Shown here: piece after piece, positions 26,391 through 36,488 of the stretch
Numbering within the stretch: position 1 is the stretch's first letter
Layout of the letters: each line of letters begins with the position of its first letter
Source: an uncultured Christensenella sp.
Lineage (GTDB): Bacteria; Bacillota; Clostridia; Christensenellales; Borkfalkiaceae
Assembly: GCA_910587015.1 (NCBI GenBank)
Contig: CAJUME010000003.1
Coordinates: forward strand, 4,386 to 68,385
Direction of reading: 5' to 3'
DNA: 64,000 nt
Translations under genes and position numbers: made by a program
Notes under the pieces: model-generated
What the model saw: only the letters and a program-made list of their open reading frames with translations
Told to the model about the DNA's origin: nothing
Database searches by the model: none

Positions 26391-26783
26391 ATGTTTAGCT
26401 TTTTTACCACCGTTTCCGAACGCGAAGCAAAAATTATGAACCCCGTCACGCTTGCATTTGTGGGCGATGCGGTCTATTCGCTGTATGTGCGCGAAAGGCT
26501 TGCGCTTTCCGCAGATTTTTCCGCGGGTAAATTGCAAAAGCTTACTTGCGAGCATGTTTCCGCGCACGGACAGAATATTCTGCTCGAAGCTGTCCTCCCG
26601 AAATTTACCGAGGACGAGCTTGCCGTTTTCAAGCGCGGAAGAAACGCTAAAAAGCCCACCCACAGCAAAAGCGCAAGCCTTGCGGAATACAATAATTCCA
26701 CGGGGTTAGAGGCGGTTTTCGGCTATTTGTATCTTACGGGACAGTACGACCGTTTGTCTTATTTATTAAACGAGGAAAAATGA
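26391..26783 (+). CDS. mrnC: Mini-ribonuclease 3
   Basis: ..NPVTLAFVGDAVYSLYVRERL.. and ..RGRNAK.. match MrnC. Gene order mrnC-rlmB-sigH as in Bacillus. Confidence 0.85.
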   Translation: MFSFFTTVSEREAKIMNPVTLAFVGDAVYSLYVRERLALSADFSAGKLQKLTCEHVSAHGQNILLEAVLPKFTEDELAVFKRGRNAKKPTHSKSASLAEYNNSTGLEAVFGYLYLTGQYDRLSYLLNEEK

Positions 26784-27490
26784 AAATTCAGGGCAGAAAC
26801 GCCGTTTTAGAGCTTTTGAAAACGGACAAAAGTATAGATAAAATACTTATAGAAAAAAATCCGCAGGGCAGTCTTAACAAAATTTTTGCCGAGGCGCGCA
26901 AAAGCGGCGTGCGAGTGCAGTTTGTTGATAAAAGGGCGCTGGATAAGGAAAGCGAGGATAAGCGCCATCAGGGCGTAATAGCCTTCACAACCGACTTCAA
27001 ATACGCTTCGTTGGACGATATTCTGGGGTCAACCGAAAAAAACGGGCTTATTATTCTGTGCGATGGTATCGAGGACGTGCACAACCTCGGCTCTGTAATA
27101 AGGGTTGCCGAGTGCGCGGGCGCAAACGGCGTAATAATTCCCTCCAACAATTCCGCAAGCGTGACCGAGGCGGTTATCCGCATTTCGGCGGGCGCGGCGC
27201 AGCATATCCCCGTAGCAAAGGTGAATTCCATAAACCGCGCAATAGACGAGCTAAAAAAGGCAAATTACTGGTTGTACGCGTTAGAGGCGGACGGCAAAAG
27301 CATTTACGAGGCGGATTTAAGCGGCAACGTTGCGCTTGTTATCGGCGGTGAGGACAGCGGTGTAAGGCGGCTTACAAGGGAAAAATGCGACTTTACTCTG
27401 TCGCTTCCGCTTAAAGGCAAGGTCAATTCCTTAAACGCCTCCGTTGCTTTGGGTATTGCCGCCTACGAGGTTGTAAGAAGAAAGCTATGA
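26780..27490 (+). CDS. rlmB: 23S rRNA (guanosine-2'-O)-methyltransferase RlmB (SpoU/TrmH family)
   Basis: SpoU substrate-binding N-domain plus ..LVIGGEDSGVRRLTREKCD..LPLKGKVNSLNASVA... Confidence 0.85.
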   Translation: MKIQGRNAVLELLKTDKSIDKILIEKNPQGSLNKIFAEARKSGVRVQFVDKRALDKESEDKRHQGVIAFTTDFKYASLDDILGSTEKNGLIILCDGIEDVHNLGSVIRVAECAGANGVIIPSNNSASVTEAVIRISAGAAQHIPVAKVNSINRAIDELKKANYWLYALEADGKSIYEADLSGNVALVIGGEDSGVRRLTREKCDFTLSLPLKGKVNSLNASVALGIAAYEVVRRKL

Positions 27491-28032
27491 CCGATGAAGA
27501 AAACGCGCTTAAAGCGCAGAACGGCGACAAGGCCTCGCAGGAGGTTCTGCTTAACAAATATTCCGCCCTTGTCAAGGCTATTGCTGCGCGCTTCTTTCTT
27601 TGCGGCGGCGAAAGCGAGGATTTGGAGCAGGAGGGAATGGTCGGACTGTATCACGCGGTCAGCACCTTCGGCGCGGGTAGCGCAAGCTTTGCAACCTATG
27701 CGTATGCTTGCGTGCGCAATGCGGTGATAGACGCCGTAAAAAAGGCGGGCGGTGCAAAATATGCGGCGTTAAACAACTTTGTGCCGATTGTCGAAATAGG
27801 CGGGGAAATCTCCCCCGCAAGTCCCGAGGACGAGCTTATAAAACGCGAAAACAGACGGGAATTTCTGCAAAAAATTTCAAAACGGCTCTCCTCGCTGGAA
27901 TTCAAAGCAACGGTAATGTACGTTGACGGTATGGGCGTTGCGGAAATCTCTTCCGCCCTCGGCAAATCGCAAAAAAGCGTTTCAAACGCGCTTGCCCGCG
28001 CAAAGCAAAAGCTTGTAAAGCTGTATTCGTAA
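27487..28032 (+). CDS. sigH: RNA polymerase sigma factor SigH-like (sigma-70 family)
   Basis: ..EDLEQEGMVGLYHAV..F.. region 2 and an HTH region 4 (..MGVAEISSALGKSQKSVSNALARAKQKL..). Conserved position after rlmB. Confidence 0.75.
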   Translation: MTDEENALKAQNGDKASQEVLLNKYSALVKAIAARFFLCGGESEDLEQEGMVGLYHAVSTFGAGSASFATYAYACVRNAVIDAVKKAGGAKYAALNNFVPIVEIGGEISPASPEDELIKRENRREFLQKISKRLSSLEFKATVMYVDGMGVAEISSALGKSQKSVSNALARAKQKLVKLYS

Positions 28033-28154
28033 TTTAACAAATTTACGTTCGGAATTTTCAAGGGCGGATTTATTTCGCCCGTTAAGAAAATTCCCGACAA
28101 TATCAACATCGCAAAAATCGTAAGCATGAGATTTTTGCGACACAAGAGGGTATT

Positions 28155-29903
28155 ATGGCGTATCTTGCGTTTTACCGCACCTTCCGCCCCTTGACCTTTG
28201 ACGAGGTCGTGCGGCAGGAGCATATAGTAAGAATACTGAAAAACCAGATAGAAACCGATAAGGTCGGTCATGCGTATCTCTTCTGCGGCCCCCGCGGAAC
28301 GGGTAAAACCACGCTCGCCAAAATTTTTGCGCGCGCAATCAATTGCGAAAGCCCTCAAAACGGCTCGCCTTGCGGCAAATGCGCAACCTGCAAATCGCTT
28401 GCAGAGGGCAGCAGTCTTGACATATCCGAAATAGACGCCGCCTCCAACAACGGCGTTGACGAAATGCGCGACCTGCGCGAGAAGGTTCAGTACCCGCCAG
28501 TTGCGGGCAGGTTCAAGGTCTATATCATTGACGAGGTGCATATGCTTACGGCGTCGGCGTTCAATGCGGTTTTAAAAACGCTTGAAGAGCCTCCCCGTCA
28601 CGCGGTATTTATCCTCGCCACGACCGAGCCGCAGAAAATCCCCGCAACGATTTTATCGCGCTGTATGCGCTTTGACTTCAAATTAATTCCCCAAAGCGAT
28701 TTGGAAGAGCTTATAAAAAGCGTGTTTATAAAAACGGGCAAGCCGTTCGAGGAGGCAGCCGTTTCCGCCATAGCAAGGGCGGGCGCGGGCAGTGCGCGCG
28801 ACAGCCTTTCGATAGCGGATATGTGCGCTTCGTACTCGCAGGGTAAGCTGACCTATGACGATGTAAACGCCGTGCTCGGCAGTACGGAATACGCAAAAGT
28901 CGCAGATATATGCGGGGCAATTTTAAGCGAGAACGCTTCCGAGGCGCTTAAGCTGACCGAGGAAATACTTTCAACGGGCAAAAGCGTTGGCGTGCTTGTA
29001 AAGGATATGCTGTCATTTTTAAACAGCTGTACGATTGTCAAGGTCTGCCGCACCGCGCGCGAAATAGTCAACCTCCCTGATGAAACCTATAACCGCATAG
29101 AGGGCATTGCCAAAACTGCGGACGCACACAAGCTTTTGCGCGTTACAGAGGTGCTTGCCAAGGCGGAAACCGATTTAAGATATTCGCTGAACGGCAGAAT
29201 TACCCTCGAAACGGCTGTATTAAAGTGCGCCGTTCCGCAGACGGACTACAATATAGACGCGTTAATAGGCAAAATTGCCGCGCTGGAAAAGAAGCTTGCG
29301 GACGGAGTAAAGGTGCAGGCAAGCCCCGCGCCGTTACCCACACCCGCGGCGCCCGCACCGGTTTCTCGGCAAACGGCGAAGCCCGAACGGGAAAGCGCGC
29401 CCCGTCCCGCACAAAATACCGCAAGACCGATATTGAGCGAGGACGGCGCAGACAGCCCCTTTTCACCTTTTTCAAGCTCTCCCGCAGAGGCGCCCGCAGG
29501 CGCCCCCGCAGAAGCAGAGGAGGTTCAGCCCACGCTTTGGGAGAACGGCGGCGAGCAAAAAATATCAAAAATTTCTGCCGTCCGCGAGGGCGATAAGGGC
29601 AAAATCTTCGGCAAATTCATTCGCGCACTCAGAGAAACGCATAAAAACGCCGTGCTGTTCACGCTTTGTATGGATTTGGAGCATGCCTTCGAGGGCGATA
29701 AATTTATTCTTATAACCGAAAGCGAGACTGTTTACAAGGGCTTACAGCGTGAAGCAAACGCTAAATTTATCGGCGGAGTGCTTGCAGAGCTGGGCGTAAA
29801 CGATTACGAGGTCCGCTTAAAGGCGAAGGGCGAAAACGACTACGACAAGGCCATGCGCGAGCTTCGCGCAAGCTTTGACGGCGCGGATATAGAGGAAAAG
29901 TAA
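28155..29903 (+). CDS. dnaX: DNA polymerase III subunit gamma/tau
   Basis: ..HAYLFCGPRGTGKTT.., zinc module C..C..C..C, ..KVYIIDEVHMLT... P/A-rich linker. Confidence 0.92.
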   Translation: MAYLAFYRTFRPLTFDEVVRQEHIVRILKNQIETDKVGHAYLFCGPRGTGKTTLAKIFARAINCESPQNGSPCGKCATCKSLAEGSSLDISEIDAASNNGVDEMRDLREKVQYPPVAGRFKVYIIDEVHMLTASAFNAVLKTLEEPPRHAVFILATTEPQKIPATILSRCMRFDFKLIPQSDLEELIKSVFIKTGKPFEEAAVSAIARAGAGSARDSLSIADMCASYSQGKLTYDDVNAVLGSTEYAKVADICGAILSENASEALKLTEEILSTGKSVGVLVKDMLSFLNSCTIVKVCRTAREIVNLPDETYNRIEGIAKTADAHKLLRVTEVLAKAETDLRYSLNGRITLETAVLKCAVPQTDYNIDALIGKIAALEKKLADGVKVQASPAPLPTPAAPAPVSRQTAKPERESAPRPAQNTARPILSEDGADSPFSPFSSSPAEAPAGAPAEAEEVQPTLWENGGEQKISKISAVREGDKGKIFGKFIRALRETHKNAVLFTLCMDLEHAFEGDKFILITESETVYKGLQREANAKFIGGVLAELGVNDYEVRLKAKGENDYDKAMRELRASFDGADIEEK

Positions 29904-29985
29904 AAGCGCAATTTATCCGCAGATTATCAAATGCTTGATTTTCCGAATATAAAACTATAACGAATACATTTTTAAGGAGTTTATT

Positions 29986-30354
29986 ATGGCTTTTAAAGGC
30001 GGTATGGGCGGCGGCATGGGCAACATGCAGAATATGATAAGAGAAGCCCAGAAAATGCAGGAGCAGATGCAGGCGGCGGACGCCGAGCTTGAGGAGCTTG
30101 AGGTTGTAGGGCTTTCGGGCGGCGGCGAGGAAGGCGATGAAACCGTTGTGGTTTATATGAACGGCAAAAAAATCATAAACGGCATAGAATTCGGCAGTAA
30201 GCTTGCCTCGCTTGTGGATATAAGCGATACAGACGATGTGGAAATGCTTGAAGACCTTATTATGGCGGCAATAAACGATGGCTATAAAAAGGCGGACGCG
30301 CTGTACGAGGAAAAAATGGGCCCCTTCGGCAAGGCGGGCAAGGGGCTGTTTTAA
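29986..30354 (+). CDS. ybaB: Nucleoid-associated protein YbaB/EbfC
   Basis: ..MQNMIREAQKMQEQMQ.. N-terminus. Conserved dnaX-ybaB-recR order. Confidence 0.85.
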   Translation: MAFKGGMGGGMGNMQNMIREAQKMQEQMQAADAELEELEVVGLSGGGEEGDETVVVYMNGKKIINGIEFGSKLASLVDISDTDDVEMLEDLIMAAINDGYKKADALYEEKMGPFGKAGKGLF

Positions 30355-30393
30355 GCATTCAAGGCAACAGTGAAAAAGTAAGCAAGGTTAAAA

Positions 30394-30984
30394 ATGGACA
30401 TTTTTATAGAGCCTATCGGCAGACTTATAAACCAGTTTTCAAAGCTCCCCGGCGTAGGCAAAAAAACCGCGCAAAGGTACGCGTATAAGGTTATCGGAAT
30501 GACCGAAGCAGAGGCGAAAGAGTTTGCCGAAAGCATAATAAACTGCAAACGCAAGGTAAAATATTGCAAAACATGCGGCAATTTTACCGAAGAGGACGAG
30601 TGCGAAATCTGCAAGCGCCGACAAAGCAACACAATTTGCGTGGTTAAAGAGCCGAAAGACGTAATCGCAATGGAAAAACTGCACGAATACAAGGGCGTTT
30701 ACCACGTTTTGCACGGCGTAATCAGCCCTATGGACGGAATAGGCCCCAACGACATACGCATTAAGGAGCTGCTCGCCCGCATAGACGGCACCGTGCAGGA
30801 GGTAATAATGGCGACCAATCCCGACGTAGAGGGCGAAGCCACAGCAATGTACATTGCCAGACTTTTAAAGCCGCTGGATGTAAACGTCACCCGCCTTGCG
30901 CACGGCATACCAATCGGCGGCGAGCTTGAATATACAGACGAAGTTACTCTCTCCCGCGCCCTTTCCGAACGCAAGAGCATTTAA
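30394..30984 (+). CDS. recR: Recombination protein RecR
   Basis: ..[11 protein letters not shown].. HhH, C4 zinc finger (CKTCGN..CEIC), Toprim ..[10 protein letters not shown]... Confidence 0.92.
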   Translation: MDIFIEPIGRLINQFSKLPGVGKKTAQRYAYKVIGMTEAEAKEFAESIINCKRKVKYCKTCGNFTEEDECEICKRRQSNTICVVKEPKDVIAMEKLHEYKGVYHVLHGVISPMDGIGPNDIRIKELLARIDGTVQEVIMATNPDVEGEATAMYIARLLKPLDVNVTRLAHGIPIGGELEYTDEVTLSRALSERKSI

Positions 30985-31007
30985 AAGAAATTTTTTAAGG
31001 AGTTTTT

Positions 31008-32003
31008 ATGAATATTTCTGTCTTAGGCTGCGGCCGTTGGGGCTCGTTCATTGCGTGGTATCAGGCAACTCAGCTTAAAAACAAGGTTATAAGCTGGGGT
31101 CCGCAGGGCGACTATTCTTACGAGGTTCTTAAAAACACGGGCAAAAACGAATACGTCGCACTGGACAAGTCAATAGAGTTGACGTGCGATTTGCAGTACG
31201 CCGTCACCGCAAGCGACGTAATAATCATATCAATCTCATCGCAGGGTCTGCGCGGGTTTATGCAAAAGGTCACCGCATACAACGTTAAGGATAAAATTTT
31301 CGTGCTCTGTATGAAGGGCATAGAAGAGGCTTCTGGCAAGCGCCTTTCAGAGGTTTTAATAGAAAGCGGCGTCAAAAAGGATAAAATCGCCGTCTGGGTC
31401 GGTCCCGGTCATATTCAGGCGTTCACGCAGGGCATTCCCAACTGCATGCTTATAGACAGCTACGACCCCGCGCTTAAAAAGCATATTGCAGACAGCTTCA
31501 AAAGCAATTTAATACGCTTTTATTACGGCAACGATATAATAGGCTCAGAAATCGGCGCCGCCGCAAAAAACGTGCTCGGCATAGCCGCGGGCGTGCTTGA
31601 CGGAAGCGGCTACGTCAGCTTAAAGGGCCCCCTTATGGCGCGCGGCGCATACGAGGTAGGCAAACTTATCAAGGCAATGGGCGGCGAATTTTCCTCCGCC
31701 TACGGACTTGCGCACCTCGGCGATTACGAAACTACGCTTTTTTCCGAATATTCCCACAACCGCCGCTACGGCGAAATGATGGCGCACGGCGCAAGGTTCG
31801 AAAAGCTTGCAGAGGGCGTTATGACGGCAAAGGCAATGAAGGAGCTTGGCGACAAATACGGCGTAGAGCTGCCCATCACCAACGCCGTATACGAGGCTTG
31901 CTTCCTTTCAAAGCCCTTCGAAAACGGAAACGGCTCGGAAAAATGTATGGAAATTTTATTAAAGCTGTTTGACAGAGAAATAAAAAGCGAGTTCAATATA
32001 TGA
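31008..32003 (+). CDS. gpsA: NAD(P)H-dependent glycerol-3-phosphate dehydrogenase
   Basis: N-terminal Rossmann ISVLGCGRWGS and ..GSEIGAAAKNVLGIAAG.. GpsA-type block. 331 aa. Confidence 0.8.
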   Translation: MNISVLGCGRWGSFIAWYQATQLKNKVISWGPQGDYSYEVLKNTGKNEYVALDKSIELTCDLQYAVTASDVIIISISSQGLRGFMQKVTAYNVKDKIFVLCMKGIEEASGKRLSEVLIESGVKKDKIAVWVGPGHIQAFTQGIPNCMLIDSYDPALKKHIADSFKSNLIRFYYGNDIIGSEIGAAAKNVLGIAAGVLDGSGYVSLKGPLMARGAYEVGKLIKAMGGEFSSAYGLAHLGDYETTLFSEYSHNRRYGEMMAHGARFEKLAEGVMTAKAMKELGDKYGVELPITNAVYEACFLSKPFENGNGSEKCMEILLKLFDREIKSEFNI

Positions 32004-33094
32004 GTGAGAGTTCTTTCGCGTTAAGTATGTTCGGCTTAACGGTTGTGTTGACGGTTATTCCCGTAATCATTTTTATTGCGGGAATAATAGCTCTGGTCGT
32101 TTTTCTTATGAAGCAGTCTTCACATAATAACGAAAGCACATCCAATAAGCAATCGACCTTTCAGCCAAATCGGTACGCCGATGGTACCGAGCCTTCGGTT
32201 CAACCGCAAACGGCGAAGAAAAAGCACGTCAATCCCGCAACCGTTATTCAGCTTGAAGAGGAGCTTAAAAAGCTTTGCAAAAACTGCGTTACGCTTGAAA
32301 TTTCTGGCGAGCCTTCGCATGTAAGCGGAGCAACCCGCTTCGGTGGTATGCCTGACGTTCCCGCGGGCTTTGTGTGGCCTTATTTCGAAACCGATACGTT
32401 TGACGATAAAAACGTCAAGCCGCGCCCCCTTGCGTTTATTGCGCAGTTCGATTTGGCGGAAATTTCCGCGTTCGATAAGGACGGACTTTTACCGCGCTCG
32501 GGCACGCTTGCGTTTTTCTATGAGTTAGGTTCCCAACGCTGGGGCTTTGACCCCAAGGACGGCGGCAGTGCAAGGGTATTTTGGTTCCACGAGTGGGAGG
32601 ATTTGGCTCCCGCGGAATTTCCCGCGGATTTGCCGCAAGCCTTCCGTTTGCCCGCGCTTAACATAACGGCAAAGTCCGAAAAATCTTACCCGACCAACGA
32701 GGATTTTTATTTAAACCGCAAGGATTACTCTCAGACGATAGACGACTTTAAAGCGGCGGAAGCACAGCTTAATATACAGCGCCCCGATAACCGCTCCAAG
32801 CTTTTGGGCTGGGCGGACGTTATTCAGGGCAATATTACAAGCGATTGCGAGCTTATTTCCCGCGGATATACCTCGGACGAGGTATGGAACAGCGGAAGCT
32901 TCCCCAAGGAAGAGCTTGAAAAAATCGAAGCCTCCGCTGACGAATGGACGCTTTTATTCCAGCTTGACACCGTGGAAAAAGAAGGCTTTCAGCTTATGTT
33001 CGGCAATTACGGCAGAATTTACTTCTATATCCGCAAGGACGATTTGCGGGCAAAGCGTTTTGACAGAGTATGGCTTATGCTGCAATGCGGTTAA
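32000..33094 (+). CDS. DUF1963 (YwqG-like) domain protein with an N-terminal TM anchor
   Basis: TM FALSMFGLTVVLTVIPVIIFIAGIIALVVFLM. ..RFGGMPDVPAGFVWP..LAFIAQFDL..GTLAFFY.. and ..LLGWADVIQGN..LLFQLD..MFGNYGRIYFYI.. typical of DUF1963. Confidence 0.7.
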   Translation: MSESSFALSMFGLTVVLTVIPVIIFIAGIIALVVFLMKQSSHNNESTSNKQSTFQPNRYADGTEPSVQPQTAKKKHVNPATVIQLEEELKKLCKNCVTLEISGEPSHVSGATRFGGMPDVPAGFVWPYFETDTFDDKNVKPRPLAFIAQFDLAEISAFDKDGLLPRSGTLAFFYELGSQRWGFDPKDGGSARVFWFHEWEDLAPAEFPADLPQAFRLPALNITAKSEKSYPTNEDFYLNRKDYSQTIDDFKAAEAQLNIQRPDNRSKLLGWADVIQGNITSDCELISRGYTSDEVWNSGSFPKEELEKIEASADEWTLLFQLDTVEKEGFQLMFGNYGRIYFYIRKDDLRAKRFDRVWLMLQCG

Positions 33095-33156
33095 CCGCAC
33101 GGATATAATTAAAACTATTTAATTTGTCAAAAATTTTTTATATACGAGGCACAAAT

Positions 33157-34989
33157 TTGTTAAGAGAAGATTTAAGAAACGTGGCGATTATCGCCCATGT
33201 AGACCACGGCAAAACTACGCTTGTAGACGCACTGCTCAGGCAAAGCCATACCTTCCGCGACAACCAGTCGGTTGAAGAGCGCGTAATGGACAGCAACGAT
33301 TTGGAGCGGGAGCGCGGTATAACCATACTTGCAAAAAACACTTCCGTTCATTACAAGGGCGTTAAAATAAACGTTGTAGACACCCCCGGACACGCAGATT
33401 TTTCGGGCGAGGTAGAGCGCGTTATGATGATGGTCAACGGCGTACTCGTGCTTGTAGACGCGGCGGAGGGCCCCATGCCGCAAACGCGCTTTGTCATGCA
33501 AAAGGCGCTCGAAATGGGTCATAGGCTTATTATAGTAGTCAACAAAATCGACCGCCCCGATGCTCGTTTAAACGAGGTTCAGGACGAGATTTTAGAGCTT
33601 TTGTTAGAGCTTGACGCCTCCGATGACCAGCTTATGAGCCCCGTTGTATGGTGCTCGGGCAGGGACGGTACGGCAACGCTCGATTTAAACGAAAAGGGCA
33701 AGGACTTAACGCCCCTTTTCGAAACGATTTTAACCCATATCCAGCCCATGGAGGCCGATACCGAAGGCCCTGCGCAGGTGCTTGTTTCCTCAATCGACTA
33801 TAACGACTATGTCGGCCGTATAGGCATAGGCAGAATCGAGCGCGGCGAAATTAAGCAGGGACAAGCCGTAACCGTCTGCAATTATAACAACGTCCAGCTT
33901 AAAAACAGCGGTAAAATCGTAAACCTCTATCAGATAGAGGGCCTAAACCGCACCGCATGCGAAACGGCAAAGGCGGGGGATATAATCTGCTTTTCGGGGC
34001 TTGAAAAAATAAACATAGGCGACACCGTCTGCTCTACCGACTGTGTAGAGCCGCACAAATTCGTCAAAATTACCGAGCCGACCGTGGAAATGACCTTTTC
34101 TGTAAACGACAGTCCGTTTGCGGGCAAGGACGGCAAATGGGTAACCACAAGGCATTTGCGCGACAGACTTTTCCGCGAGCTTTTAAAGGATGTTTCTCTC
34201 CGCGTGGAGGAAACGGAGTTCGCCGACAGCTACCGCGTCTGCGGCAGAGGCGAAATGCACCTTTCCATTTTAATCGAAAACATGCGCAGAGAGGGCTACG
34301 AGTTTCAGGTTTCCACCCCGCGCGTAATGTATAAAGAAATAGACGGCGTCAAGCACGAGCCTATGGAAAGGCTTATTGTTGACGTCCCCGACGAGGCTAC
34401 GGGCGCGGTTTTCCAGAGCATGGGCAACCGCAAGGGCGAGCTGTTGCATATGAGTGCAATCGGCACGCGCACAAGGCTTGAATTTATCATTCCCGCCCGC
34501 GGACTTTTCGGCTATAAGTCGGAATTTTTAACCTCAACCAAGGGCGAGGGCGTTATGAACAGCGTATTCTTCGAATATCAGCCGTTCAAGGGCGAGCTCT
34601 CCCGCAGAAGCACGGGCTCGCTTATCGCGTTTGAAACGGGCGAGGCGGTAACGTACGGACTTTTCAACGCGCAGGGCAGGGGCACGCTGTTTATCGGCGC
34701 GGGCACTCCCGTGTACGAGGGTATGGTAATAGGCGAAAATCCCAAAAGCGAGGATATGAACGTAAACGTCTGCAAGACGAAGCACCTTACAAACACCCGT
34801 TCAAGCGCCTCGGACGACGCTTTGCGCCTTATCACTCCCAAGAAAATGAGCCTTGAAGAATGCCTTGAATTTATCGCCGACGACGAGCTGTTGGAAATTA
34901 CCCCCAAAAATATCCGCATAAGAAAGCGTATTCTTGACAGCGAGCTGCGCGCAAAGGCCAACGCAAAAATCAAGAAAGGCCTTGCTTAA
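33157..34989 (+). CDS. typA: Translational GTPase TypA/BipA
   Basis: ..[19 protein letters not shown].. G1-G4 motifs, EF-G-like domains. TTG 33157 (ACGAGG upstream) matches homologue N-termini better than TTG 33124. Confidence 0.9.
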   Translation: MLREDLRNVAIIAHVDHGKTTLVDALLRQSHTFRDNQSVEERVMDSNDLERERGITILAKNTSVHYKGVKINVVDTPGHADFSGEVERVMMMVNGVLVLVDAAEGPMPQTRFVMQKALEMGHRLIIVVNKIDRPDARLNEVQDEILELLLELDASDDQLMSPVVWCSGRDGTATLDLNEKGKDLTPLFETILTHIQPMEADTEGPAQVLVSSIDYNDYVGRIGIGRIERGEIKQGQAVTVCNYNNVQLKNSGKIVNLYQIEGLNRTACETAKAGDIICFSGLEKINIGDTVCSTDCVEPHKFVKITEPTVEMTFSVNDSPFAGKDGKWVTTRHLRDRLFRELLKDVSLRVEETEFADSYRVCGRGEMHLSILIENMRREGYEFQVSTPRVMYKEIDGVKHEPMERLIVDVPDEATGAVFQSMGNRKGELLHMSAIGTRTRLEFIIPARGLFGYKSEFLTSTKGEGVMNSVFFEYQPFKGELSRRSTGSLIAFETGEAVTYGLFNAQGRGTLFIGAGTPVYEGMVIGENPKSEDMNVNVCKTKHLTNTRSSASDDALRLITPKKMSLEECLEFIADDELLEITPKNIRIRKRILDSELRAKANAKIKKGLA

Positions 34990-34995
34990 ATTTAT

Positions 34996-35529
34996 ATGAA
35001 CGAAATGCAGAGGGCTGACGATATAACGGTAAAGGACGTTGACGCAACCTTAAACCACGGGCAGATTTATACTGCTAAGCTTTGGGATATATTTCTGATT
35101 TATATGCTTGTCTTTTCTGCCGCTATTATAGCCGTTAGCGTTGCCATATGGATTTTTTCGGACGACAAGGAAACTTTGTTTGCCGTTAAATTCGTTTTCG
35201 GCTTCGGAATAGTATTTCTATTAATTATGGGCTTGCTGTGTATTTATATAATTAACGGCAGACGCAGAGTAAAGCGTTACCTTGAGGACGCGGAAATTTT
35301 AAACGCAAAAGCAACGTCCTCGGGGTCGGAATTGCAGTACAGGCATCCGTTAATTTTCGTCAAGGCTACTTCGCTTGCGGTAAAATTCAGATATAACGGC
35401 AAAAGGTACTTAAAGACAAGTAAAGCAAGCTTGCAGGTCTATAATAAGTACGCAGATAAAGAAATTAAAATTGCCTATTCGCCCAAATATGACGAGGTTA
35501 TGCTGATAAAAGCAAGCGATAAGTACTAA
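34996..35529 (+). CDS. Hypothetical two-TM membrane protein
   Basis: Two hydrophobic helices then a ~90-aa soluble tail. No motif recognised. Confidence 0.5.
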   Translation: MNEMQRADDITVKDVDATLNHGQIYTAKLWDIFLIYMLVFSAAIIAVSVAIWIFSDDKETLFAVKFVFGFGIVFLLIMGLLCIYIINGRRRVKRYLEDAEILNAKATSSGSELQYRHPLIFVKATSLAVKFRYNGKRYLKTSKASLQVYNKYADKEIKIAYSPKYDEVMLIKASDKY

Positions 35530-35553
35530 AACATTTAAAATACACATATAGTA

Positions 35554-35582
35554 ATACCACCCGCACAGGGTGGTATATTTTT
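35554..35582 (+). terminator. Rho-independent terminator
   Basis: ATACCACCC (35554-35562) / GGGTGGTAT (35568-35576) + ATTTTT. Confidence 0.8.
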
Positions 35583-35597
35583 ATAAAGGTGCGTAAT

Positions 35598-35849
35598 ATG
35601 GAAGATAATCACAATTTAAGCATAGAGCAATGCAAAAAAATAACGGCTTCTGCAATAGCAAGCGTAGACGCTTTTTCCGAAAAGCAGATTGTTTTAAGCT
35701 ATTCGGGCGGAAAAATAATAGTCAACGGCTCTGGCATGAAAATCGTCAATTTCTCAAAGACGAGCGGCGCATTTTCGGCAACGGGCAGCATTACAGGTGT
35801 GCGCTATGCGCAAAAGGGCGGCTCTTTAAGGCAAAAATTATTCAAATAA
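35598..35849 (+). CDS. yabP: Sporulation protein YabP
   Basis: ..HNLSIEQCKKITASAIASVDAFSEKQIVLSYSGGKIIVNGSGMKI.. YabP/YqfC-like. Followed by yabQ and divIC as in Bacillus. Confidence 0.7.
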   Translation: MEDNHNLSIEQCKKITASAIASVDAFSEKQIVLSYSGGKIIVNGSGMKIVNFSKTSGAFSATGSITGVRYAQKGGSLRQKLFK

Positions 35850-35852
35850 TCT

Positions 35853-36353
35853 ATGGCGCAATCGGTTTTCATATTTTTGATATGCCTTTTCTGCGGCGTT
35901 ATAAGCGGCGTTGTGTACGACGTTCTGTATACCGCAAGGTGTATAGTCTGCGGCATGGAAAAAACCGCTTACACCGCAAAGGACAGAATTTTTATAATAA
36001 TTTCCGACGTAATTTATTGCCTTGTGTTTGCCGCGGGCTTTATTTTTGTGTCGGTTATGTTCGATTTTACCTCGCTTCGGCTGTATATGCTGTTGGGCTG
36101 TGTGCTCGGCGCGCTGATATATTTAAAAAGTTTCCATACAATCGTTGCATTTCTCGTAAAAAAAGTGTATAATGCTGTAAGTATAACAAAGCAGAAAAGG
36201 AAGGCAGAAGTTGAGCGAACTGAAGAAAAACCGCATAGCCGCCGCCGTAACGGTAAACGCAATAATATTGATAGTAATCCTCGTCGTCGCCGCCGTTTAT
36301 ACTATGGCGCAGGTCGTCATAAAGGCAAAGCAGGAAAAAGCGCTGAGGGCTGA
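35853..36353 (+). CDS. yabQ: Spore cortex biosynthesis protein YabQ-like
   Basis: Four hydrophobic segments, position after yabP. Basic low-complexity tail overlaps the next gene by 143 nt. Confidence 0.6.
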   Translation: MAQSVFIFLICLFCGVISGVVYDVLYTARCIVCGMEKTAYTAKDRIFIIISDVIYCLVFAAGFIFVSVMFDFTSLRLYMLLGCVLGALIYLKSFHTIVAFLVKKVYNAVSITKQKRKAEVERTEEKPHSRRRNGKRNNIDSNPRRRRRLYYGAGRHKGKAGKSAEG

Positions 36354-36480
36354 AATAGCAAGGTATAAGCAGCTGATTGAGGAGGGCGAAAAAACGCTCG
36401 AGGATTTGCAGTCGGACAGTCATCTTCTGTATCTTGCGCTTTTAAACGGCTGGGTTTTTCAGTCGGATACGGGTAATTAA
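36211..36480 (+). CDS. divIC: Septum formation initiator (DivIC/FtsB family)
   Basis: Single TM (AAAVTVNAIILIVILVVAAVY) followed by a coiled-coil (..KQEKALRAEIARYKQLIEEGEKTLEDLQ..). TTG start with AAGGAAGG upstream. Confidence 0.65.
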   Translation: MSELKKNRIAAAVTVNAIILIVILVVAAVYTMAQVVIKAKQEKALRAEIARYKQLIEEGEKTLEDLQSDSHLLYLALLNGWVFQSDTGN

Positions 36481-36488
36481 GCTTTATT

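Noticed and set aside
26322-26663. Long (346-aa) version of the amidase ORF starting at 26663
   Set aside because: The extension overlaps mrnC and its upstream region and encodes no recognisable sequence. GTG 26321 with an AGGA SD gives a normal CwlD-size protein with a signal anchor.
28033-28154. SRP RNA (scr/ffs), often found upstream of dnaX in Firmicutes
   Set aside because: Only 122 bp are available. They contain two simple hairpins (28051-28094 and 28109-28140) and nothing resembling the conserved SRP domain IV.
27696-28541. 281-aa minus-strand ORF spanning the sigH-dnaX junction
   Set aside because: It overlaps two well-supported plus-strand genes and their intergenic hairpins. It has no SD and no motif.
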